Positions 8,401 through 16,256 of a stretch of 22,423 bases of DNA are shown here, piece by piece. Position numbers and translations under genes: made by a program. The stretch covers positions 1-22,423 of the forward strand of contig JAVZYR010000010.1 in NCBI GenBank assembly GCA_038999435.1. Direction: 5' to 3'. The notes beneath the pieces are model-generated. The model had not been told where the DNA came from. It did no database searches and worked only from the letters and a program-made list of their open reading frames with translations. Positions within the stretch are counted from its first letter, which is position 1. Every line of letters starts with the position of its first letter. The DNA is from Candidatus Aenigmatarchaeota archaeon (GTDB lineage Archaea > Aenigmatarchaeota > Aenigmatarchaeia > QMZP01).

Positions 8401-8598
8401 ATGATAATTCCAATTAGATGTTTTACATGTGGCAAACCAATAGGCCATCTTTGGGAAAAATACAAGGCAGAGATTGAGGGTGGGAAAGACCCTAAAGAAG
8501 TTTTAGACAGGTTAGGGCTTGATAGATATTGCTGCAGAGCGGTTTTTTTGGGACATATAGAGCTTGTAAGAAGAACAGCAAGGTTTAAACGAGTTTAA
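8401..8598 (+). CDS. rpoN: Archaeal RNA polymerase subunit N (Rpo10)
   Basis: MIIPIRCFTCGK...VLDRLGLDRYCCR; start at ATG 8401 with TATA-like TTTTATAT about 21 nt upstream. Confidence 0.97.
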   Translation: MIIPIRCFTCGKPIGHLWEKYKAEIEGGKDPKEVLDRLGLDRYCCRAVFLGHIELVRRTARFKRV

Positions 8599-8628
8599 TA
8601 TATCAAAAAGCATAAGATGCTTTCAGGC

Positions 8629-8937
8629 CTAAACAGCCCTTATAAAATTACATTCAGGATCTACCTCTACAAAATGTTTTGCAGTCATACCATATGCAGG
8701 ACATTGATTTTCAGGGATGTTATCTATATATGCCCTTGGTGAATGAGCAACATCACAAACCCACCCTGGAATAATAGCATTGGATAGGCACGGACCTGCT
8801 GACAGGTCTGTGCCATTCTGTTTAACAGCCTGACATAATTGTATGCAAAGATTTGTAGCTTGCGCATCTTCTCCAGTGGTACAGCCACTTATTATTAGAA
8901 CAAGCAAAATCAAGACCAAAACAAGATATAGTTTCAT
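8629..8937 (-). CDS. Small Cys-rich secreted lipoprotein
   Basis: MKLYLVLVLILLVLIISGC lipobox-type signal and six further Cys (GPCL, WVCDVAH.PR, NQC, HFVE.D..C). Start 8937 avoids overlap with the upstream gene. Confidence 0.75.
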   Translation of the reverse strand: MKLYLVLVLILLVLIISGCTTGEDAQATNLCIQLCQAVKQNGTDLSAGPCLSNAIIPGWVCDVAHSPRAYIDNIPENQCPAYGMTAKHFVEVDPECNFIRAV

Positions 8938-8951
8938 TTTAATTTTTGTTT

Positions 8952-9902
8952 TTAACCACCACATCCACCAGATGGGGTTGACCCTGAAGAGCTCGATAAT
9001 GTTTGATTGCACTCAGCTGGTGGATTAACAAAACCCGAACATACAGCATTCTTATATGCTTCAGAAGACCTGCTACCAGAATACTCCTTTCCATTTATAA
9101 TTAGTGTAGGTGAACCTCTTACACCATAAGCAGATGAGATATCATTATCTATGCCTATAAGTATCTTGCTCTCGTTGCCTTCTGCGCAAGTAATTATACC
9201 ATCAACATTCAGAGACAGATTTTGCATTATTGATATTGAGCAATTCTTAACCTCTGGATCTTTACCTGCATATTGCCCACATTGTGCATTAAATTGTTCA
9301 ATGTATGACCAAAACTTCTCAGGATATTTGTTCTGTATGCAAACCTGTCTCAAGTCTTCATTGACTTCATATTGACCGTGCAATGAACTGATGCTGCCAT
9401 CACTATTTATATTGACTATGTATCTAACAATAAATTCTGCTTTATCTTTCAATAGCTCGACAACTGGTTTCATAAGGGTTTCTGCTTGAATACCATATGG
9501 GCAGAATGACATAACAAAAAGCTCTACAGTTGGCTTTTCTCTATCAGGCGCATCGAATGAGCCTGTTTGCGTTGAACCAGAAATGCTTTCATATATTTTG
9601 GCATATTCGCTCATATTCATCCCTCTAGCAAAAAGCATACCACTATCTGTGACCCATACAGGAATGATTTGGTTGCCAGCATTTGTTTGTATTGAGATAT
9701 AGACATTATAGAGGCTTACAGGTGATGAGACATTTATGAGATGCGCCTCACCTTCGCTTAACAAATATTTATTAACAAAATCAACAACATCATAACCTAT
9801 TTTATCATTGCTAATGATTTTACCTGTTATAACGGGGTTTAAAAAGTAACCTGCAACTAAACAAATTATTCCAACAATTGCATAGGCAACAACTTCTCGC
9901 AT
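8952..9902 (-). CDS. Membrane-anchored DsbA/thioredoxin-fold protein with monothiol CPYG site
   Basis: N-terminal TM, VELFVMSFCPYG, SLHG..E...D...VC, cis-Pro loop GVRGSPTLIING. Confidence 0.8.
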   Translation of the reverse strand: MREVVAYAIVGIICLVAGYFLNPVITGKIISNDKIGYDVVDFVNKYLLSEGEAHLINVSSPVSLYNVYISIQTNAGNQIIPVWVTDSGMLFARGMNMSEYAKIYESISGSTQTGSFDAPDREKPTVELFVMSFCPYGIQAETLMKPVVELLKDKAEFIVRYIVNINSDGSISSLHGQYEVNEDLRQVCIQNKYPEKFWSYIEQFNAQCGQYAGKDPEVKNCSISIMQNLSLNVDGIITCAEGNESKILIGIDNDISSAYGVRGSPTLIINGKEYSGSRSSEAYKNAVCSGFVNPPAECNQTLSSSSGSTPSGGCGG

Positions 9903-9925
9903 TATATGTTTTATAGCTTATCTTT

Positions 9926-10120
9926 TTAAAGCTTTGTTACCCTTATTGCCCTGACAGGACAGTTGCTTTCTGCTTCAGTAGAGCAACCTGGTTTGTCCAA
10001 CTGAGCCTTTTTTACATGTGCCTTTCCGCCCTTCAATTCAAATATATCAGGGCATACAGATGCACACATCCCACAGCCTATGCATTTGCCCTTGTCAACT
10101 TCTACCTTGAATTTTGGCAT
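9926..10120 (-). CDS. Single-cluster [4Fe-4S]/[3Fe-4S] ferredoxin
   Basis: CIGCGMCASVCP...NCPVRAI. Confidence 0.93.
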   Translation of the reverse strand: MPKFKVEVDKGKCIGCGMCASVCPDIFELKGGKAHVKKAQLDKPGCSTEAESNCPVRAIRVTKL

Positions 10121-10259
10121 AAAAATAATATATCAAAGGTAATTTTAATATCCAAATGATTTCAGCTTGCGAAATTTCTAGCTATAAGCTTTATTAAGCA
10201 TGTTTGATGTCACTTAACATCACTTCACTGCTTTATATTGAACAATGTTTAGAAACCAA

Positions 10260-11138
10260 TCAGGATTTGGGCATCTCATAAGAGCCCAAAACTCTAACCA
10301 CTTCAATATCCCTGCCTTTTGGTGTCAGTTTGTATTTTAGCGAGTCTATACATCTTACCAAATCAGTATTGGCTTGATGTTCCATTATTTCCAGATAGAA
10401 CATCTGAGGTTCGAGACCTTCTATTTCTACATCGTCCAATGCTGGCCTGGAATGTATCTTTGCAAGATTTAGGTTGTGATATGCTATTTGCTGAAGTATC
10501 TCTGCCAATAGCCCTGGTTTATCCATATGAGGAGTTATTGCTACCATTGTAAGATATCTTTTTGATGGGTCATACTCTTGCCAATTTTCTCTAGCAACAA
10601 GGTAGAAATCTGTAAAATTTGTTCTACGGTTCTTTTTATTTCCTATATCTTCTGCAATAATTCGTAAGCCATAGTTTTTTAATGCTTCAGAACTAGCAAT
10701 CGCTAAGCCAGATTTCATTTCCGCTACTTTTTTCGCAGCTGCTGCTGTACTTGTAACTGGTATTTGTTTGCTATTTCTATAATAGCGCCATAACCATTCT
10801 GAACATTGCGCAAGGGCTTTAGGATGTGAGTATACCTCACCTTCATTAGTATTTTCTCTGTGAGCACCAATAGATAATATTATTGGCAATCTCTGCATCG
10901 CATTTATTTTGAGATCATTTTCATATATCAGATCTAAACATTCTTGTACCAGTCCTTCAAGATAGTTGTAATAAGCCATCACTCCCATATCTACTTCACA
11001 CGAAGCCACGCTGGTTGCGACTGCTTGTAAAGATACCATTTCTACAAGTTCCGTTTCTTCTTTAATTTTTTCTGCAAGCATTTTTGTTGCTTGCCCAGTA
11101 TATGTGTTTTCAGGACCCAAATAACCTATTTTTTTCAT
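10260..11138 (-). CDS. pheA: Prephenate dehydratase with ACT domain (divergent)
   Basis: IGYLGPENTY, SHPKALAQC, STAAAA, N.TDF, DKPGLL...NLAKIHSRP...FYLE...VLGSY; strong SD GGAGGTG at 11151-11145. Confidence 0.88.
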   Translation of the reverse strand: MKKIGYLGPENTYTGQATKMLAEKIKEETELVEMVSLQAVATSVASCEVDMGVMAYYNYLEGLVQECLDLIYENDLKINAMQRLPIILSIGAHRENTNEGEVYSHPKALAQCSEWLWRYYRNSKQIPVTSTAAAAKKVAEMKSGLAIASSEALKNYGLRIIAEDIGNKKNRRTNFTDFYLVARENWQEYDPSKRYLTMVAITPHMDKPGLLAEILQQIAYHNLNLAKIHSRPALDDVEIEGLEPQMFYLEIMEHQANTDLVRCIDSLKYKLTPKGRDIEVVRVLGSYEMPKS

Positions 11139-11142
11139 TTTT

Positions 11143-11279
11143 TACACCTCCGTATTTTATTTTTGTTAATTTATAACCGGATCTCTTTTTTCATTCCCAG
11201 GAAATAGGGTTTTTCAGACCCGAAAAGCAAGGGAACTTATTAAGAGATGTAGACAAATTTAGAAAAAGCTAAATACAAA
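11143..11279 (-). promoter_or_regulatory. Structured pheA 5' leader (candidate attenuator)
   Basis: Nested stems 11279-11271/11157-11149, 11259-11253/11174-11168, 11248-11242/11187-11181, 11235-11231/11198-11194, 11221-11218/11210-11207. Confidence 0.55.
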
Positions 11280-11303
11280 TTTTTGATTATATTTTTGCAC
11301 CAT
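11259..11303 (-). CDS. Putative Phe-rich leader peptide MVQKYNQKFVFSFF (pheL-like)
   Basis: ATG GTG CAA AAA TAT AAT CAA AAA TTT GTA TTT AGC TTT TTC TAA; 4 of the last 6 sense codons are Phe; ends 120 nt upstream of pheA. Confidence 0.6.
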   Translation of the reverse strand: MVQKYNQKFVFSFF

Positions 11304-11323
11304 ATTTATTAATAATGATAAAA

Positions 11324-11340
11324 TATTTAAAATTTTTGTT
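11324..11340 (-). promoter_or_regulatory. BRE/TATA promoter giving a leaderless transcript of the leader ORF and pheA
   Basis: AACAAAAA-TTTTAAATA ends 20 nt before the leader ATG, similar to the spacing at rpoN. Confidence 0.55.
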
Positions 11341-11383
11341 TTTCGGAAATTGCATTTCGATTTGAATGGTCCTGAATATTGAT

Positions 11384-11929
11384 TTATTCTTCTGACACAA
11401 ATACCGCTGCTGCTATAACCGTTGTCCATCTACCATTTTTGCATACAGCACTTTGAGAAATGTTGCCTGTGCTTATAACAAGATTGTCAACTTTGAAGAC
11501 CCCTCTTTTTTTATCCCATGCTTTTTCGATATCTATCTCTTTCCCAAGAGTTGAGGCGAGCATCGTTACTGCCAAGTCCTCGGCATAATATCCTGCATCC
11601 TTTTCTGTCATGCCTGTGCAATGATGCTCGCTTATATAGCCATATATATCTTTTTTGCGGGGTCTTGCCCAACCAATTGCCGCAGCAATCAACCTTTTAT
11701 TTTCATCAGAAGCCATTCTACTTATCACAAGATGCACAATCTGCCCTGGCTTAAGCATCTTGATTCCTCTTTCCTTAGGTATCACTTTGCAGTTTGGTGG
11801 AAGTATACTCGAGACGTTCACAAGATTATAGGGTGCTATGCCTGCATTCCTAAGTGCGAACTCGAATGAAGAGAGCGGGTCCTTACCTTCTCCTTTTCCT
11901 TTGGTAAAGAAGACATATTTTGGTACCAT
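11384..11929 (-). CDS. pdaD: Pyruvoyl-dependent arginine decarboxylase
   Basis: SFEFALRNAGIAPYNLVNVSSILPP (Ser-Ser self-cleavage site), GYISEHH, WTTVIAAAVF. Confidence 0.93.
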   Translation of the reverse strand: MVPKYVFFTKGKGEGKDPLSSFEFALRNAGIAPYNLVNVSSILPPNCKVIPKERGIKMLKPGQIVHLVISRMASDENKRLIAAAIGWARPRKKDIYGYISEHHCTGMTEKDAGYYAEDLAVTMLASTLGKEIDIEKAWDKKRGVFKVDNLVISTGNISQSAVCKNGRWTTVIAAAVFVSEE

Positions 11930-11988
11930 TAAATTTTATTGGTTTCTTATAAAATTAATTTTTTAAAACTTTCTTACAAAAAAAGAAT

Positions 11989-12402
11989 GTGAAAATAGTT
12001 ATAATCGCCCATAATGAAATCAGAAAAGAACATCCTGAATTAAAACACTATCCTGATAAATTAGAAAAAAGTTTTTCAGTATATGCTGATAAAAACCCAT
12101 TTTATGATATAGAATTTATTGCATATTGTTATAGAGACGATAAACTTGAGAAACTTCACTCGGTTTGTTATACAACAAACTTAAAAAATCTGATGAATTT
12201 TTGTGAAAGATCATATATTGATGATCCTTCTTCCATCACCTATTGTGGTCTTTCTGAAAAAGAATATCTACAAATTAGAGATACGTTAAACAGAAAAAAA
12301 GAAAAAAATTATGACCAACTACATTTATCAGGTTTTGAAAAATCTTTAGAACTATGTTTTTCTAAAAATCCAAAATCGTTCAAATATGAAAATAGAAAAT
12401 GA
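11989..12402 (+). CDS. Hypothetical protein, AT-rich
   Basis: 137-aa ORF (GTG start) filling the gap; no motif recognised. Confidence 0.55.
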   Translation: MKIVIIAHNEIRKEHPELKHYPDKLEKSFSVYADKNPFYDIEFIAYCYRDDKLEKLHSVCYTTNLKNLMNFCERSYIDDPSSITYCGLSEKEYLQIRDTLNRKKEKNYDQLHLSGFEKSLELCFSKNPKSFKYENRK

Positions 12403-12616
12403 TATCAGTGCGGATAATCTCATAGAGTTGGCAAATAAATGGAATTTGCATCTCCAAAATGTATATAAAGATTTTCTTGAGCTTTTCAAATCAAAATATG
12501 ACATTTGTTTTGATGAGGAGATAGAAAAGGAGCTGCATATTTATATATTCTCTTCAAGGAACTACAATGAATTGCTTGAGAATTTGTTTGAATTTTGCAA
12601 AAAACATATATTGTAA
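12386..12616 (+). CDS. Small hypothetical protein
   Basis: 76-aa ORF overlapping the previous stop by 17 nt. Confidence 0.5.
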   Translation: MKIENDISADNLIELANKWNLHLQNVYKDFLELFKSKYDICFDEEIEKELHIYIFSSRNYNELLENLFEFCKKHIL

Positions 12617-12674
12617 TAAATTGGATGATTTTAAGCTTATTTAGAAAAATAAAAAATTACAACATAATTATAAT

Positions 12675-13529
12675 ATGACTATTTTAAAAAAAATTCGGAA
12701 CGAATTTATTTACGGTGGTCACCTTCAATCCTTGGGAACTGTAGCAATTGTTTATATTTCGTGTTTTCTGTTAAATGCTGGAATAGATTGGCTTATGTTA
12801 TTTTCATGTTATTTGCTTTTTTACCCAATTTATTTATTTGACCGTTATCGAGGGCTCAAAATAGATGCGCTAACAAATCCTGAGAGAACAAAACACATTT
12901 CAAGCTATTTATCTTTGATACCAAAAATCCTTTGCCTCTCTGTCTTATTATTAATCGTTTTGTTGATTTATATTGGGAATTTCAAATTTCTGGTTTTCTC
13001 AATAATATTACTAGCTCTTGGATTACTATATCCAATTTATTTTAAAAATCTTACAAAAAGAATATTTGGCTTTAAAAACTTTTTTGTAGCTTCATTTTTT
13101 ACCATAATTATCCTAATCCCCGTTATTTATTATAATTATCTATTTAGCACTTCTTTAATCATCCCATTGGCAAGCCTGATGTTGTTAGTTTTTATGAAAG
13201 CTATTTTGATGCAGATATCATTAGACTATAAAGATATAGAATCCGATAAAAAAATTGGATTGCTAACATTTCCTGTAATAATGGGCAAGAAAAAAACTTT
13301 AATTTTTTTAAAAATATCAAACTTGGTGTTGATGATGTTTATTTTACCTTTATTAATTTTTTTGGTTCATGGTCTTCCTCTTCAGATGGTATTATTGCTT
13401 TTAATCATTCCAATTAATTTTTACAGTTATTATTTAATGCAAAAACAAAATTATTTCGCCTATCTCTTTGCTGGTGGTGAGTTTATATTTTGGGGTTTTT
13501 TAATTTTAATCGCAGATTTGGTTTTGTAA
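12675..13529 (+). CDS. UbiA-superfamily intramembrane prenyltransferase
   Basis: About 8 TM helices; motif I variant FDRYRGLKIDALTNPER; motif II DYKDIESDKKIGLLTFP. Confidence 0.85.
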   Translation: MTILKKIRNEFIYGGHLQSLGTVAIVYISCFLLNAGIDWLMLFSCYLLFYPIYLFDRYRGLKIDALTNPERTKHISSYLSLIPKILCLSVLLLIVLLIYIGNFKFLVFSIILLALGLLYPIYFKNLTKRIFGFKNFFVASFFTIIILIPVIYYNYLFSTSLIIPLASLMLLVFMKAILMQISLDYKDIESDKKIGLLTFPVIMGKKKTLIFLKISNLVLMMFILPLLIFLVHGLPLQMVLLLLIIPINFYSYYLMQKQNYFAYLFAGGEFIFWGFLILIADLVL

Positions 13530-13642
13530 TCTAAATAAAGTAAATAAAGCGGGCATCCGAACTTCAAGAAAATACTTTATGTATAAAAACAAAAAATCAT
13601 AAATTTAAGCTTTAAAGAACAATTATAAATAAGTACAAAAAT

Positions 13643-15742
13643 ATGAAAAGGCAGATTTGGTTTGTTTGGCTTTGTATATTTTTTATGTTGGGGATAGGGT
13701 TTGTAAAAGCTCCAGAACCTTTTGACTTTATTATTTTACCTCAAAATTATCAAATATTTAATACGAATATAAATTTACCTTTAAATTACACAATTGATGG
13801 TATAAATTTCACCATCTATTGTTGGTATAATATTACCACTGGAAATGCCTCATCATGTACTGTAAATGATTATAATTCATCAACAGATATTCTAATTCCT
13901 GAGTGTCAAAACACAACTTTCAATATAACTGGTGATGATGGTTGGTATTCAATAACACTAGTAGCAAATAATAGTTTAAATGAAAAAATATGTAATTATA
14001 GGAATTTTGCAATAGACACTACAAGCCCGAATATTACAATCCAACAGCCAATCAGTTATTATAACTATAGCACAGGACTTCTACTAAACTATACAATTGA
14101 AGATGCCGTAGCAGGTGTTGATATCAACACTTGCCGATTTTCAGTTGTTTATGAAAATGGAACAGTTGTTATAGATAATCAGTCTCTTCCAAATTGTGCC
14201 AATTCAACATTTGATGTTAGTTTTGATGGTAAATACAATTTAACCATTTGGGCAAATGATACTGTTGGGAATGTAGGAAACTCTACTATTAATTTCACCA
14301 TCGATACAACAAAACCATATCTCATTAATGTAACCATTTTAGGTGGATACTACAATGGAACAGATTATTTCTTTTCACCAGCAAATCAAGATAATTTGTA
14401 TGATAGGATAACTTTTACAGCAACAGCAAATGAAATTGTTAACTGGAGTAGGCAATATGTTTGGAATTCTAGTAATATAAGCGTGAAATATTTTGAAAAG
14501 GTGAATAATAACAGTTCTATTACTAAGGGCCCATGGGATTTAAATTTAACATTAACAACTGATGATTGGGCAATAGATGGTTATTATTTCATAAATGTTA
14601 CAATAACAGATTTGGCAGGTAATTCAAATTCCACAGAGATACTTCATTTTTATGTTGACAACACACCCCCTGTAATCAACCTAATATCCCCTGCCAATAA
14701 TACCTGGTCAAATAAATCAAGCAATGACCTCATCTTCAGCTTTTCTGATACATTCTCTCCAACTGCAAATTGCTCTCTTTACATAAATGGAACATTGAAT
14801 CAAACAAACGAATCAGCCCTAAATAACACAGAAACAACCTTTTCTGTCAATCTTGTTGATGGCACGTATACATGGGGTATCACATGCAAAGACTTGGTAG
14901 CTAATGAGAATTCGTCAGAAACAAGGATAATTAATATCGATACCATTGCTCCACAAATTGCCTTTATCACCCCAACACCTGATAATGGCTACAAGCAGAC
15001 AGAAAAAAGCTTTGTTATAAATGTCAGTCATAATGAAAGTAATCCTGACAGGATTTCAATCTATTTGAATTCTACCCTTGTATGGGAAGGCTCTTATAAC
15101 GGCTCAAATGGTTTTACAAACTGGACATTCACCAATTTGACTGACGGGGTATATAGCTATTATGTCTGTGTCAATGATGGTGCTGGAAACCAAAACTGCA
15201 CAGAAACAAGAAACATTACAATTTATACAGCATCGCAAGGTGGTGGAGGAGGAACAAGCGGATCTTCTTGGTTTGGCGGCGGAGGTGGTGGTTCTATACA
15301 GTCTATCTGTCAATCAAATTGGACATGTACTGTATGGTCAGAATGTGTAAATGGCACGCAAACAAGAACATGCATAGATGCTAATGAATGTAAAATACCT
15401 ACAACAGATAGACCTACTGAGATCCAAAATTGCACCGAACCTGTGAAGGTATGGACATGTGAGCCGAGCGAGACAACATGCTGTGAACTTGGTAAGATCC
15501 GTTGTATCAATGGTATTTTGGAACAGTGCAGCAATTATACATGGCAGTTCTTCCATTCATGTGCAAGTGGAAGATGTGCTGATGAAAGGTCATGCGAATC
15601 ACAAATTGGTGGATTTACAGGTCAAGCCATTCTTGGCAATCCGTCGTTCCTTTCATTGATAGCAGCTATCTTAGGACTTTCGATTTTGACAACTTTGCTT
15701 ATCCTGAGAAGAAAAAGGAAAATAACTACCTATTATCCTTAA
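13643..15742 (+). CDS. Cell-surface glycoprotein: signal peptide, Ig-like repeats, Gly linker, Cys-rich module, C-terminal TM anchor
   Basis: Repeated ND.AGN...IDTT.P units, dense N-x-S/T sequons, GGGGG linker, CQSNWTCTVWSECVNGTQTRTC, TM plus RRKRK. Confidence 0.88.
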   Translation: MKRQIWFVWLCIFFMLGIGFVKAPEPFDFIILPQNYQIFNTNINLPLNYTIDGINFTIYCWYNITTGNASSCTVNDYNSSTDILIPECQNTTFNITGDDGWYSITLVANNSLNEKICNYRNFAIDTTSPNITIQQPISYYNYSTGLLLNYTIEDAVAGVDINTCRFSVVYENGTVVIDNQSLPNCANSTFDVSFDGKYNLTIWANDTVGNVGNSTINFTIDTTKPYLINVTILGGYYNGTDYFFSPANQDNLYDRITFTATANEIVNWSRQYVWNSSNISVKYFEKVNNNSSITKGPWDLNLTLTTDDWAIDGYYFINVTITDLAGNSNSTEILHFYVDNTPPVINLISPANNTWSNKSSNDLIFSFSDTFSPTANCSLYINGTLNQTNESALNNTETTFSVNLVDGTYTWGITCKDLVANENSSETRIINIDTIAPQIAFITPTPDNGYKQTEKSFVINVSHNESNPDRISIYLNSTLVWEGSYNGSNGFTNWTFTNLTDGVYSYYVCVNDGAGNQNCTETRNITIYTASQGGGGGTSGSSWFGGGGGGSIQSICQSNWTCTVWSECVNGTQTRTCIDANECKIPTTDRPTEIQNCTEPVKVWTCEPSETTCCELGKIRCINGILEQCSNYTWQFFHSCASGRCADERSCESQIGGFTGQAILGNPSFLSLIAAILGLSILTTLLILRRKRKITTYYP

Positions 15743-15986
15743 GTTTCATTCTATATTTTTCAAAAATCTCTTTTAGAGTGTTTATCTCATCATTAGTCAA
15801 TCCTTCTCCAAACTCAATCTCATCACCAACCTGGGCAGCTGTTATAACCCTGTTTTTAAGTTTATAAAAATTATATTTCCTACCTTCCCTATGATAGCCA
15901 TCAGCACATTCATTTTCTATTCCGTTATTATTTTCCTTGCAAAATTGATATATACCGTTGAAACCCTTTCTTATTTTGTATTTCAT
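15726..15986 (-). CDS. Hypothetical protein (86 aa)
   Basis: ATG-started ORF filling the gap; no motif. Confidence 0.55.
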   Translation of the reverse strand: MKYKIRKGFNGIYQFCKENNNGIENECADGYHREGRKYNFYKLKNRVITAAQVGDEIEFGEGLTNDEINTLKEIFEKYRMKLKDNR

Positions 15987-15987
15987 A

Positions 15988-16002
15988 CATCATAATATGA
16001 TG
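15988..16002. promoter_or_regulatory. Perfect 7-1-7 palindrome CATCATA-A-TATGATG (candidate operator)
   Basis: Lies in the 51-bp divergent intergenic gap. Confidence 0.35.
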
Positions 16003-16037
16003 CGAAAAATTTATTAATCTTTACCCCAATTCAGCTA

Positions 16038-16256
16038 ATGAGACCAAAGCCTTATCAGGTATTAGAGTTCAAGAATGGCATTGCAAAAGTGCTGCATAGA
16101 AATGAAAGAAGGATTGTTTTTAGCATTCATAAACTAAAAAGAGGTGACTGGGTTATTTGTCACGATGAGTTTGTTCTGAAAAAAATATCAAGGCAATTCG
16201 GCGAGAGGTTGATGCGTGAATGGATGGTAAACAACTTTTCTACCGCTACGCCCTAA
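16038..16256 (+). CDS. HypC/HupF-like OB-fold protein lacking the N-terminal Cys
   Basis: P.QVLEF...AKV...LKRGDWVICHDEFVLKKIS matches the HypC GD(Y/W)VLVH pattern. Confidence 0.6.
   Translation: MRPKPYQVLEFKNGIAKVLHRNERRIVFSIHKLKRGDWVICHDEFVLKKISRQFGERLMREWMVNNFSTATP

Noticed and set aside
8938..9012. N-terminal extension of the lipoprotein ORF (and the longer starts at 723, 2925, 6684, 7675, 8368)
   Set aside because: They overlap neighbours or promoters; downstream ATGs fit the signal peptide, SD or family N-terminus better
10205..10222. Inverted repeat TGATGT-N6-ACATCA between pheA and ferredoxin
   Set aside because: A 6-bp stem could be a terminator or operator but is too short to distinguish from chance
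12675..13529. Specific call as DGGGP synthase
   Set aside because: UbiA superfamily membership is clear but motif I is atypical; the subfamily cannot be fixed without phylogeny
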